In this document: positions 1-8,427 of the stretch, one piece after another
How the letters are laid out: every line of letters starts with the position of its first letter
How positions within the stretch are numbered: position 1 is the first letter of the stretch
Source of the DNA: Flavobacteriaceae bacterium TMED48
GTDB lineage: Bacteria > Pseudomonadota > Gammaproteobacteria > Pseudomonadales > Porticoccaceae
DNA length: 38,556 bases
Assembly (NCBI GenBank): GCA_905181995.1
Contig: CAJIZO010000201.1
Coordinates: 1-38,556, forward strand
Direction: 5' to 3'
Program-made: the position numbers and the translations under genes
The notes under the pieces: model-generated
Told to the model about the DNA's origin: nothing
Seen by the model: only the letters and a program-made list of their open reading frames with translations
Databases searched by the model: none

Positions 1-51
1 TTGGGCATCGAATGTGAGTATCGACTGCGCGAACGTCGAGCGAATGTGAAA

Positions 52-127
52 TGGAGCGGGAAACCGGGTTCGAACCGGCGACCTGTACCTTGGCAAGGTA
101 CCGCTCTACCAACTGAGCTATTCCCGC
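52..127 (-). tRNA. tRNA-Gly (anticodon GCC)
   Basis: Reverse complement reads GCGGGAATAGCTCAGTTGGTAGAGCGGTACCTTGCCAAGGTACAGGTCGCCGGTTCGAACCCGGTTTCCCGCTCCA: 76 nt cloverleaf, TTCGAA T-loop, encoded CCA. Confidence 0.97.
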
Positions 128-144
128 GTCTGTCGCGTTAAAAA

Positions 145-220
145 TGGCGTCCCGTAGGGGAGTCGAACCCCTGTTACCGCCGTGAAAGGGCGGTGTCCTA
201 GGCCTCTAGACGAACGGGAC
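145..220 (-). tRNA. tRNA-Glu (anticodon TTC)
   Basis: Reverse complement reads GTCCCGTTCGTCTAGAGGCCTAGGACACCGCCCTTTCACGGCGGTAACAGGGGTTCGACTCCCCTACGGGACGCCA: typical tRNA-Glu, 76 nt, encoded CCA. Confidence 0.97.
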
Positions 221-235
221 GTGTTGGACAAACAA

Positions 236-271
236 GCCGCGCATTCTAAGTAGCAACTCGATGCCTGTCAA
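236..271 (-). promoter_or_regulatory. sigma70 promoter of the tRNA-Glu/tRNA-Gly operon with GC-rich discriminator
   Basis: Minus strand TTGACA (271-266), 17 bp spacer, TAGAAT (248-243), then GCGCGGC, as expected for a stringently controlled stable-RNA promoter. Confidence 0.85.
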
Positions 272-586
272 GACCAACGCCCTACTCCAACGTCGCTTAA
301 TTGCGGTTTGTGCTAGCTGACGCTCTACAAGCCCCGAATACTCGACGATTGGTGAATAACGCTGTCCTGAAAATCTTTCGCACCGGTCTAACGGCAGCTA
401 TTTTATAATACAATGTGGTGGTGACGCCCTGCTCCTCAAGGCGACAAAATGACAAAATCGCACGGCGACTCAGCACCAACAGCGGCGCGACGTTTAATTT
501 GTCCAGCAAAGATGATATTTGCAAATTATTCTGCGTAATTCGCTACAATACCCACTGGCCCAACGCACCAATGTGAAGCTATTAAT

Positions 587-1798
587 ATGCACGTACAAAA
601 GTCACACAAACTCAATGATGCCCACTACGACATACGTGGGCCCGTGCTTGATCACGCCACCTGGCTTGAGGATCAGGGCCAAAAAATCATCAAACTCAAC
701 ATTGGCAACCCCGCCGCCTTTGGTTTCGATGCCCCTGATGAAATATTTTATGACGTGATCAAAAACCTCCGGGATGGCCAGGGTTATAGCGACAGCAAGG
801 GGTTGTTTGCCGCACGCAAGGCGGTGATGCAAAAGTATCAAGCGCTTGGGGTAGAAAACGTCGATGTCGAAGACGTCATTATGGGCAACGGGGTCAGCGA
901 GCTCATCATGATGGCGATGCAGGCACTGCTCAACCCGGGAGATGAAATATTAATACCCGCACCGGACTACCCCTTATGGACCGCGGCCACCTCGATCAGT
1001 GGCGGCACTCCAGTGCACTACCTGTGCGATGAAGACCACGATTGGCAGCCAAGCATTGCCGATATAGAAGCTAAGCTAACGCCAAAAACGCGCGCGATTG
1101 TGGTCATCAACCCAAACAATCCAACCGGTGCCGTTTACTCTGCGCAAGTGCTCGATCAAATCATTGCATTGGCCGAAAAGCATAATTTAGTGATCTTTGC
1201 CGATGAAATCTACGACCGAATTATCTATGAGGGTGCGGCCCATCAACCGCTGTCAACGCGGGTTAAAAATGTGCTCTGCCTAACCTTCAACGGACTTTCA
1301 AAAACCTATCGCCTGGCCGGCTTTCGATCTGGTTGGATTGTCGCCAGCGGCGCCAAACAGGGCGCCAAAGACTACCTCGACGGTCTGGTCATGCTGGCGA
1401 CAATGCGCCTATGCGCCAACGTGCCGGCGATGCTCGCGGTGCAGACCGCGCTCGGCGGCTATCAAAGCATCGATGATTTAATTGCGCCGGGTGGGCGACT
1501 GCGCCAACAGCGCGACCTGGCCTATAAAATGATTACCGATATACCGGGGGTGTCCTGCGTTAAACCGCGATCGGCGATGTATCTATTTCCCAAGTTAGAT
1601 CCCGAGGTGTATCCGATCTTGGACGATGAAAAGTTCGTGCTCGACTTTCTCAAGCAAGAGCGAGTACTGCTGGTGCAGGGAAGCGCCTTTAACTGGCCCG
1701 GCAAACAACACTTTCGCATCGTGTTCCTGCCCGATCAGAACCAACTCACCGAAGCGATCTCGCGACTGGCGAATTATTTAGCCAAAATGCGCGCATAG
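587..1798 (+). CDS. alaA: PLP-dependent class I/II aminotransferase, glutamate-pyruvate aminotransferase AlaA
   Basis: 403 aa with N-terminal KSHKLxDxxYDIRGPV...KLNIGNPAxFGF typical of AlaA/YfbQ; INPNNPTG, DEIYD and the PLP lysine motif GLSKTYRLAGFRSG. Confidence 0.9.
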   Translation: MHVQKSHKLNDAHYDIRGPVLDHATWLEDQGQKIIKLNIGNPAAFGFDAPDEIFYDVIKNLRDGQGYSDSKGLFAARKAVMQKYQALGVENVDVEDVIMGNGVSELIMMAMQALLNPGDEILIPAPDYPLWTAATSISGGTPVHYLCDEDHDWQPSIADIEAKLTPKTRAIVVINPNNPTGAVYSAQVLDQIIALAEKHNLVIFADEIYDRIIYEGAAHQPLSTRVKNVLCLTFNGLSKTYRLAGFRSGWIVASGAKQGAKDYLDGLVMLATMRLCANVPAMLAVQTALGGYQSIDDLIAPGGRLRQQRDLAYKMITDIPGVSCVKPRSAMYLFPKLDPEVYPILDDEKFVLDFLKQERVLLVQGSAFNWPGKQHFRIVFLPDQNQLTEAISRLANYLAKMRA

Positions 1799-1805
1799 CC
1801 CGGCT

Positions 1806-2900
1806 TTAAGTAACAAAACCCAGCGACTTGAGGTCACTCTGACAGTCGCTGGCGTCGGGGCATCGGAAATGACTGAACTGGTGGCGCACCGGATAATCAC
1901 GTCGTAAGCGATCAAAATCATGCGCCGTATTTGCCGAGCGAAGCATACTCTCACGAAAGCTTTGATCGTCCTCAGACACATCATAACTGGCTAAAATAGC
2001 GGCGTTTATTGGATTCGTAGCAGCGCCAATCGCCAACTCTTCGGTCTGTTCAAAGATATTTTTTTGTGGCTTATCAAGCTCGCCACGCCAAGCTAAAAAT
2101 CGCTCAAAAATCATCTCGGTACCGCGCATCTTGCCCTCGACGCTGTACCCAGCAATATGCGGCGTAGCAATCGCAACCTGTTCGAGTAGCGCCCTGTCGA
2201 TGCTCGGCTCGGTCTCCCAAACGTCGAGCGCCACGAGCAGATCACCGCGCTCGGTGAGGCTTTCGAGCAGTGCACGGTTGTCGATGACGGCGCCCCGACC
2301 GGCATTTAGAAGCAGCGTACCCGGCGCCAACTTAGCGAGCTGTTGACGACCCATCAAGTGCTCGGTTGGGTGTCGGCCATGCCGCGTTAGCGGCGTGTGA
2401 AAGCACAAAATATTGGCTTTTAACACATCGTCATACTCGACCAAATCGGCATTGCTGTCGGCGTGCAAAAAAGGGTCGTAGACCTGGCAGGCAACGCCTA
2501 ACGCCTTGAGAATGCGGTACAGACGACCGCCGACATTACCGCAACCGACGATACCGACGTTGAGCTCACGCCAGTGGGGCATCAGACGACAAAATACCGA
2601 CAGATCGTACTGCACCACTGCATCGGCATTGCAGCCAGGCGCATGGGCAAAGCCGATTCCATGCTCTTGTAAGTAATCTAGATCGACATGGTCAGTCCCA
2701 ATCGTGGCTGAAGCGACGAATTGCACCGCACTGTTATCCAGTAACTCTCGATTGACCTTGGTTACCGAACGCACTAACAATAAATTCGCCGCAGCGACAT
2801 CAGCCGGGCATATTTGACGGCCGCTAATCCGTCTGATGTCGCCGTAGGCGCCAAACAATTCCTCGACCCCGGGCATGTTGTCATCCGCCACAATATTCAT
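1806..2900 (-). CDS. pdxB: 4-phosphoerythronate dehydrogenase (PLP biosynthesis)
   Basis: MNIVADDNMP start, LLVRSVTKV, SATIGTDHVD, APGCNA, GxGNVG Rossmann motif, DVWETEP, TPHIAGYSxEGK; GGAG RBS upstream. Confidence 0.93.
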   Translation of the reverse strand: MNIVADDNMPGVEELFGAYGDIRRISGRQICPADVAAANLLLVRSVTKVNRELLDNSAVQFVASATIGTDHVDLDYLQEHGIGFAHAPGCNADAVVQYDLSVFCRLMPHWRELNVGIVGCGNVGGRLYRILKALGVACQVYDPFLHADSNADLVEYDDVLKANILCFHTPLTRHGRHPTEHLMGRQQLAKLAPGTLLLNAGRGAVIDNRALLESLTERGDLLVALDVWETEPSIDRALLEQVAIATPHIAGYSVEGKMRGTEMIFERFLAWRGELDKPQKNIFEQTEELAIGAATNPINAAILASYDVSEDDQSFRESMLRSANTAHDFDRLRRDYPVRHQFSHFRCPDASDCQSDLKSLGFVT

Positions 2901-2951
2901 CTAGAACTCCACCTTAGGGGGCTTAAGAAAACCTAAAAAGTACACAAATTT

Positions 2952-3527
2952 TTACAATAAATTCGTTAAAATATAGTTATTTAAATCGAATATATTAGGT
3001 GTTTTATAACGGTGAGCTAGCGCCTCAATAAAGACGCCTGCGCGCTCCGGAATCGCGTCAATAGTGCACCAACGCTGGGTCTGATTCAACACCGCCTTAG
3101 GAAAACTATCAGTGCTTGGCAACGACGACAAATTGTCCCTACTGAGACGGAATGGGTGACCGCAAGCGGTGCTAAACAGCCACTCCAGCGCCTGGGGTTT
3201 AATTTCAACCTGCTCAAACTGTAATTGTTGTTCTGCCGACCGTCCCTCGGGTTCATACCAATAGCCATAATCTATCAAGCGCCGTCGCCGCCGGCCAGCT
3301 AGGCACCAATGCGCCACTTCATGGAGCGCACTGGCCACATAGTCCGCTCTAAAACAGATGCAGTGGTGCGCCTGCAGCGCCGATTTGGGTTGGTATAAGG
3401 GCTCCTCATGCCCACCCTCTAACCGAGTACTCTCGCTGTCGCCGAACGCGGCATCAAATAATTCGATGACGCTCGATGCGGTGACAATAGCCGCCGCCGG
3501 GGGGCTGCTAGCGGATTTTGCACCCAT
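2952..3527 (-). CDS. epmC: Elongation factor P hydroxylase (YfcM/EpmC family)
   Basis: Motifs EPLYQP, SALHEVAHWCLAGxxRRxLxDYGYWYEPEGR, FEQVEIKPQALEW. Start placed at ATG 3527 because GAGAGG lies just upstream; the ORF track starts at 3581. Confidence 0.88.
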   Translation of the reverse strand: MGAKSASSPPAAAIVTASSVIELFDAAFGDSESTRLEGGHEEPLYQPKSALQAHHCICFRADYVASALHEVAHWCLAGRRRRRLIDYGYWYEPEGRSAEQQLQFEQVEIKPQALEWLFSTACGHPFRLSRDNLSSLPSTDSFPKAVLNQTQRWCTIDAIPERAGVFIEALAHRYKTPNIFDLNNYILTNLL

Positions 3528-3695
3528 TCTATACCTCTCAATACCCCGTTCTAAAACGCTCTCATATCTCACGAATATCACATATCTCGCGAATGTGTGT
3601 CACAGCGCTCCACCACATCGAGCGCCTGCATGCACAACGCCTGTCGATAACGCATCGCGCGCCTGCGCCACGTTGTGTGACGTTCACTGGCTTTT

Positions 3696-3767
3696 AAAGG
3701 CTGGGATCGGACAGTCTGCCCTGGGCCTTATTACACAAGGTTCCGTCGCTGGCACCCCACAGCCCTC
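3696..3767 (-). ncRNA. Candidate structured RNA (leader or sRNA) upstream of epmC; family not recognised
   Basis: Hand folding gives a closing stem GAGGGCUG.GG/CCCAGCCUUU enclosing CCUUG-UGUAA-UAAGG and GGGCA-GAC-UGUCC hairpins; TAGAAT at 3792-3787 upstream. Confidence 0.4.
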
Positions 3768-3794
3768 TTTATGCGGCCGGCAAAGAATTCTAAT

Positions 3795-3815
3795 GGGGTC
3801 ATGCTACATAACCCC
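3795..3815 (-). terminator. Hairpin downstream of accA, possible terminator or processing stem
   Basis: Minus-strand GGGGUUAUG-UAG-CAUGACCCC forms 9 bp including one G.U that only pairs on the minus strand; the U-tract is weak. Confidence 0.35.
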
Positions 3816-3895
3816 TGGCGCTTAAACGCTGCTAATAAGCAAAAAAATCTGACAATCAATAGCCAAGGCTAGCATGAGCTATCGACTAGATTGGC

Positions 3896-4849
3896 TTAAT
3901 CCGGCTGGCCGTAGGACATCAAACGTTGATAACGCCGATCCAGCAACACCTCTAAATCGACGGATTGGAGTTCATCGACCTGTTCAATCAAGCGCTCGCG
4001 CAAGGCATCGCTCATGGCTTCTATGTCGCGATGCGCACCGCCGAGCGGTTCGGCAATGGTTTCATCTACGATGCCTAGCTCCTGCAAATGCGACGAGGTA
4101 ACGCCCATCGCCTCGGCCGCCTGGGGCGCTTTCTCAGAGGTCTTCCAGATAATATTCGCACAACCCTCGGGTGAAATCACAAAGTAGGTGCTGTACTGCA
4201 ACATATTTAAGCGGTCGCCAACGCCGATCGCCAACGCGCCACCCGAACTCCCCTCGCCTATGACGGTACACACAATCGGCGTTTTCAAGCGCGACATCAC
4301 CGCTAAGTTACGCGCTATAGACTCTGAAATATTGCGTTCTTCAGAGTCTATGCCTGGATAGGCTCCGGGAGTATCTATCAGAGTTAGCACCGGCATTTTA
4401 AAGCGCTCTGCCGTCTCCATTAGGCGCAGCGCCTTGCGGTAGCCCTCGGCTTTCGGCATGCCAAAGTTACGCATGACCTTGTCGGTGACACCACGGCCTT
4501 TCTCTTCCCCTATGACCATGACTGGCTTGCCATCGAGCCGCCCCACTCCGCCAATAATCGCACTGTCATCACCAAAATGGCGGTCGCCGTGTAATTCATC
4601 CCAATCGGTAAAGATGCGTTGAATATAATCTGCGCTGTAAGGTCTGTGGGGATGTCTGGCTACCTGTACCACCTGCCATGGCGTGAGCTTACTGTAAATA
4701 CGCCCGGTGAGCTTTTGCGACTTGTCGCGCAACTTCGCAACCTCTTCGGCAATGTTTAAATCATTGTCATTGCCAACCGACTGTAACTCTTCAATTTTGG
4801 CTTCTAGTTCAGCAATCGGTTGTTCAAAAGGCAGGTAGTTCAAATTCAT
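3896..4849 (-). CDS. accA: Acetyl-CoA carboxylase carboxyltransferase alpha subunit
   Basis: [22 protein letters not shown], ARHPx[33 protein letters not shown]; lies downstream of dnaE as usual. Confidence 0.97.
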   Translation of the reverse strand: MNLNYLPFEQPIAELEAKIEELQSVGNDNDLNIAEEVAKLRDKSQKLTGRIYSKLTPWQVVQVARHPHRPYSADYIQRIFTDWDELHGDRHFGDDSAIIGGVGRLDGKPVMVIGEEKGRGVTDKVMRNFGMPKAEGYRKALRLMETAERFKMPVLTLIDTPGAYPGIDSEERNISESIARNLAVMSRLKTPIVCTVIGEGSSGGALAIGVGDRLNMLQYSTYFVISPEGCANIIWKTSEKAPQAAEAMGVTSSHLQELGIVDETIAEPLGGAHRDIEAMSDALRERLIEQVDELQSVDLEVLLDRRYQRLMSYGQPD

Positions 4850-4882
4850 AACAAATCGGGGCTTCGCGCTAAATTAGAGCGT

Positions 4883-4891
4883 ATTCTAACA
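4883..4891 (-). promoter_or_regulatory. Extended -10 promoter upstream of accA
   Basis: Minus strand TG-T-TAGAAT in the dnaE-accA spacer, about 35 bp before the accA start. Confidence 0.5.
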
Positions 4892-4938
4892 TTTTTGCGG
4901 CGCTCTGCTAGGGCACCGATTCACAGCGCGCGATGTTT

Positions 4939-7900
4939 TTACAAATAGCGCAGAGTTACGCTGTGAGTACCGAACTGATCGCGTAACTTGGCGATTAACT
5001 CGTCACGCGGTTGAATCCGCCAATCCTCACCCAACACCAATTTAGCCGCTGCATCGTTTGCCGAGTAATCGATCACCACAGGGCAAATGCCCTCGCGATA
5101 ATCATTTAACGTGTGTTGCACACGATCCACCCAATCGGCTGCGCTACCGTCAATTTGCAACTCTAAAGTCTTCAACTTTGCGCAGCGCGCCGAGTAGATC
5201 GATTGTATCGACTCGGCCAGCATTTTAAGTCCACCGGTAAAGCCGTCTTCGGACACCGTTCCCTTAACGACCAACATCGCATCCTTAACCAAGAGTTCTC
5301 GGTAAGCGGTAAATTTTTCTGCGAACACTGAAAGCTCAAGCCGACCACTCTTGTCATCGAGCGTCAAGAATGCAAAATTCTCACCGCGTTTATTTTTCAT
5401 GATTCGAATACCAACAAGCATTCCAGCCACCGTGCACGGCTCTTTACCCGGACGGGTTTTAGCAATTGAGGTCAACGCCATCAACTGCATTTCGTCCCGG
5501 TATTCGTCGATCGGATGACCGGTCAGAAAAAGGCCGAGGGTTTCCTTTTCTCCGGCGAGCCGTTCTTTCGACGTCAGGGTGCGCACGTTGGGATAATTGC
5601 CATAATTTATCGCTTCGGCACTATCCGCAATCGAGCTACCAAACAGGTCGCCCATACCACTGTTGGCGTTGTGCGCCTGTTGCTCGGATATCTTGATCGC
5701 CTCATCCATGGCCATCAACATTAATGCTCGCCGGTAGCCCGTGTCACCCGCAGGGCCTATTTGATCGAGAGCGCCGGCGCGGATCAGCGCATCCAGCGCG
5801 CGCTTGTTAACTTTTCGCGCATCCACACGGGCGCAAAAATCAAATAAATCGACAAAGGCTCCGCCCGATTTACGCGCCTCGATAATACTCTCAACTGGCC
5901 CCTCACCAAGCCCTTTGATAGCGCCTAATCCGTAGAGAATTTGATTCTCCTGGTCGACGCTAAATTGAAACTCGCCCGCGTTTACGTCTGGCGGCAGTAG
6001 GCTCAAACCCATGGCCCGGCACTCGTCGATAAATCCCACCACCTTATCGGTTTTATCCATATCAGATGAGATCGTCGCGGCCATAAATTGCGCTGGATAA
6101 TGGGTCTTAAGCCAGGCCGTTTGATAGGCCACCAGCGCGTAGGCTGCCGAGTGTGATTTATTGAAACCGTAGCCGGCGAATTTCTCCATCAATTCAAAAA
6201 TGTTCGTTGCCAGCGACTCGCTATAGCCTTTGTCGAGCGCTCCCTGCACGAAGATCGAGCGCTGCTCGGCCATTTTAGCAACGTCCTTTTTACCCATGGC
6301 ACGTCGCAATAGATCGGCGCCACCGAGGGTAAACCCCGCCATTACCTGGGCGATTTGCATCACCTGTTCTTGATACAAAATAATCCCATAGGTTGGCTCT
6401 AAACTGGGTTTGAGGCACTCGTGTTGGTATTGCGGGTGAGGGTAACTAACTTCGGCACGACCCTTTTTGCGGTTGATAAAATCATCGACCATACCCGATT
6501 GCAGCGGACCCGGTCGAAACAGCGCAACCAGCGCGATAATATCTTCGAATCGATCCGGCCCGAGCTTGCGTATGAGTTCTTTCATGCCGCGCGATTCTAG
6601 CTGAAATACCGCGGTGGTTTCGGCCCGTTGCATGAGTTTAAACGTCGCTTCATCATCGAGCGGAATTGCCTCTATATGCAGCGCAGTTTCAGCCTCCTCT
6701 GCGCGCCTTTGATTGATCATTCTTACCGCCCAATCGATGATCGTCAAAGTCCGCAAACCAAGAAAATCAAACTTCACCAAGCCCGCTTCTTCGACATCAT
6801 TTTTATCGAATTGAGTGACCATCCCAGATCCGCTCTCGTCGCAGTAGACCGGCGAAAAATCGATAATCTTGGTCGGCGCTATCACCACACCACCCGCGTG
6901 TTTGCCGCAGTTTCTGGTCAGCCCTTCCAGTTCTAACGCCAAACTCCATATTTCTTCGGCTTCCTCGTCTTGGTCGAGAAAATCGCGCAACATGGCCTCT
7001 TGTTCATGCGCTTTCTCGAGCGTCATTCCCACTTCGAACGGAATCATCTTGGATAATTTATCCGCTAACCCGTACGACTTTCCCTGCACCCGTGCGACGT
7101 CTCTGACCACCGCCTTTGCTGCCATGGTGCCAAAGGTAACGATCTGCGACACCGCTTGACGGCCGTAGCGTTCGGCAACGTATGAAATCACCCTATCGCG
7201 CCCTTCCATACAAAAGTCGATATCAAAATCCGGCATTGAAACACGCTCGGGATTCAAAAATCGCTCGAACAGCAAGTCATAGGTCAATGGATCTATATCG
7301 GTGATCTGCAACGCGTAGGCGACCAGCGAACCCGCGCCAGATCCTCTTCCCGGGCCAACCGGAATATCATGATTCTTGGCCCATAAAATAAAATCCATCA
7401 CAATCAGAAAATAACCGGTAAAGCCCATTTGAATAATAATGTCGAGCTCAAACTTTAGCCGCTCGTCGTAGTCGACGCGGAGCGTTGCTGACAGCTCGTC
7501 CGCAGCGCGCTGCGACAATCGATCGCGCAATCCGCGTTCCGACAACTGAATAAAGTAATCGTTGGCGGTCAAGCCCTCCGGAATCGGAAATTCCGGCAGT
7601 GAATACTCTCCGAGTTGCAGTTCTAAACTGCAGCGACGGGCGATTTCCACGCTGTTTTCCAGCGCCTCGGGAAGATCCTCAAACAACTGCTGCATTTCAA
7701 CCGGGGTGCGCAAATATTGCTGGTCTGAGTAACGCTTCTCTCGACGAGGATCGTCCAGCGTTCGGCCCTCGGCAATACAGACTCGGGCCTCGTGGGCATC
7801 AAACTCCGTCGCGTCTAAAAACCGCACATCGTTGGTCGCAACCACAGGGCAATCGTGCGCCGCTGCCAGTGCCACCGCCGCTTCGATATAGTCGTCCTCA

Positions 7901-8427
7901 CCCTGCCGGCCGGTGCGCTGTAATTCAACGTAAAAACGCTCGGGAAACAAGCCCATAAACCCTTTGATCAAACGCTCCGCATCGTCATTGCGCCCCGAAC
8001 TCAGCGCCACCCCGAGACTGCCCTGAACGCCCCCAGAGAGAGCAATCAGGCCATCGGTGCAACCCTCTAACCATGCCATTTGAATGTAGGGAACACCTTG
8101 ACGCTGGCCCTCTTGATAGGCCCTGGAAATAATCGCGGTGAGGTTTCTATAACCGGCATCATTTTGTACCAACAATAGTAACTGGCCACTTTGGAGGTCA
8201 TTGCCATCGTCGAGCATGCGCAGGTCGGCGCCTGCAATCGGCTTAATACCGGCAGCCTGAGCGGCCTTATAAAATTTGACAAGGGCAAAAAAATTGGTGA
8301 CGTCGGTTACCGCCACCGCCGGCATTGCCCGATCGCTAACCGCAGCAATCAGCGGTTTAATGCGCACTAAACCGTCTACCAGGGAAAACTCTGAGTGCAA
8401 TCTCAGATGAACAAAATCAGCCTTCAT
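4939..8427 (-). CDS. dnaE: DNA polymerase III alpha subunit
   Basis: 1162 aa; PHP domain FVHLRLHSEFSLVDG, PGRGSGAGSLVAY, FERFLNPERVSMPDFDIDF, FAGYGFNKSHSAAY, C-terminal OB fold; no intein-sized insertion. Confidence 0.98.
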   Translation of the reverse strand: MKADFVHLRLHSEFSLVDGLVRIKPLIAAVSDRAMPAVAVTDVTNFFALVKFYKAAQAAGIKPIAGADLRMLDDGNDLQSGQLLLLVQNDAGYRNLTAIISRAYQEGQRQGVPYIQMAWLEGCTDGLIALSGGVQGSLGVALSSGRNDDAERLIKGFMGLFPERFYVELQRTGRQGEDDYIEAAVALAAAHDCPVVATNDVRFLDATEFDAHEARVCIAEGRTLDDPRREKRYSDQQYLRTPVEMQQLFEDLPEALENSVEIARRCSLELQLGEYSLPEFPIPEGLTANDYFIQLSERGLRDRLSQRAADELSATLRVDYDERLKFELDIIIQMGFTGYFLIVMDFILWAKNHDIPVGPGRGSGAGSLVAYALQITDIDPLTYDLLFERFLNPERVSMPDFDIDFCMEGRDRVISYVAERYGRQAVSQIVTFGTMAAKAVVRDVARVQGKSYGLADKLSKMIPFEVGMTLEKAHEQEAMLRDFLDQDEEAEEIWSLALELEGLTRNCGKHAGGVVIAPTKIIDFSPVYCDESGSGMVTQFDKNDVEEAGLVKFDFLGLRTLTIIDWAVRMINQRRAEEAETALHIEAIPLDDEATFKLMQRAETTAVFQLESRGMKELIRKLGPDRFEDIIALVALFRPGPLQSGMVDDFINRKKGRAEVSYPHPQYQHECLKPSLEPTYGIILYQEQVMQIAQVMAGFTLGGADLLRRAMGKKDVAKMAEQRSIFVQGALDKGYSESLATNIFELMEKFAGYGFNKSHSAAYALVAYQTAWLKTHYPAQFMAATISSDMDKTDKVVGFIDECRAMGLSLLPPDVNAGEFQFSVDQENQILYGLGAIKGLGEGPVESIIEARKSGGAFVDLFDFCARVDARKVNKRALDALIRAGALDQIGPAGDTGYRRALMLMAMDEAIKISEQQAHNANSGMGDLFGSSIADSAEAINYGNYPNVRTLTSKERLAGEKETLGLFLTGHPIDEYRDEMQLMALTSIAKTRPGKEPCTVAGMLVGIRIMKNKRGENFAFLTLDDKSGRLELSVFAEKFTAYRELLVKDAMLVVKGTVSEDGFTGGLKMLAESIQSIYSARCAKLKTLELQIDGSAADWVDRVQHTLNDYREGICPVVIDYSANDAAAKLVLGEDWRIQPRDELIAKLRDQFGTHSVTLRYL

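Noticed and set aside
1-127. Integration site at the tRNA-Gly 3' end
   Set aside because: Only 51 bp lie beyond the tRNA in this window; no integrase or duplicated tRNA 3' end is visible.
297-586. Small ORFs and an alaA promoter in the tRNA-alaA spacer
   Set aside because: The ORFs lack RBS and motifs; TTGCAA(519)-TACAAT(544) has a 19-bp spacer, too weak to call.
3670-3690. TGTGACGTTCAC as a CRP site
   Set aside because: The spacer is 3 bp rather than the 6 bp required for TGTGA-N6-TCACA.
3741-3760. GGGGTGCC (TPP-like start) on the minus strand and GGTTCCG (guanidine-I-like) on the plus strand
   Set aside because: The remaining obligatory riboswitch motifs (CTGAGA and AACCTGA; CGAGAG and GGA.AAAAGCCCG) are absent.
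3358-3825. 155-aa plus-strand ORF spanning the epmC start and the spacer
   Set aside because: Overlaps epmC in antisense, has non-protein-like composition and no motif; the minus-strand RNA reading explains the spacer better.
4939-8427. Intein or split in dnaE
   Set aside because: Normal length and continuous motifs; no intein signature.
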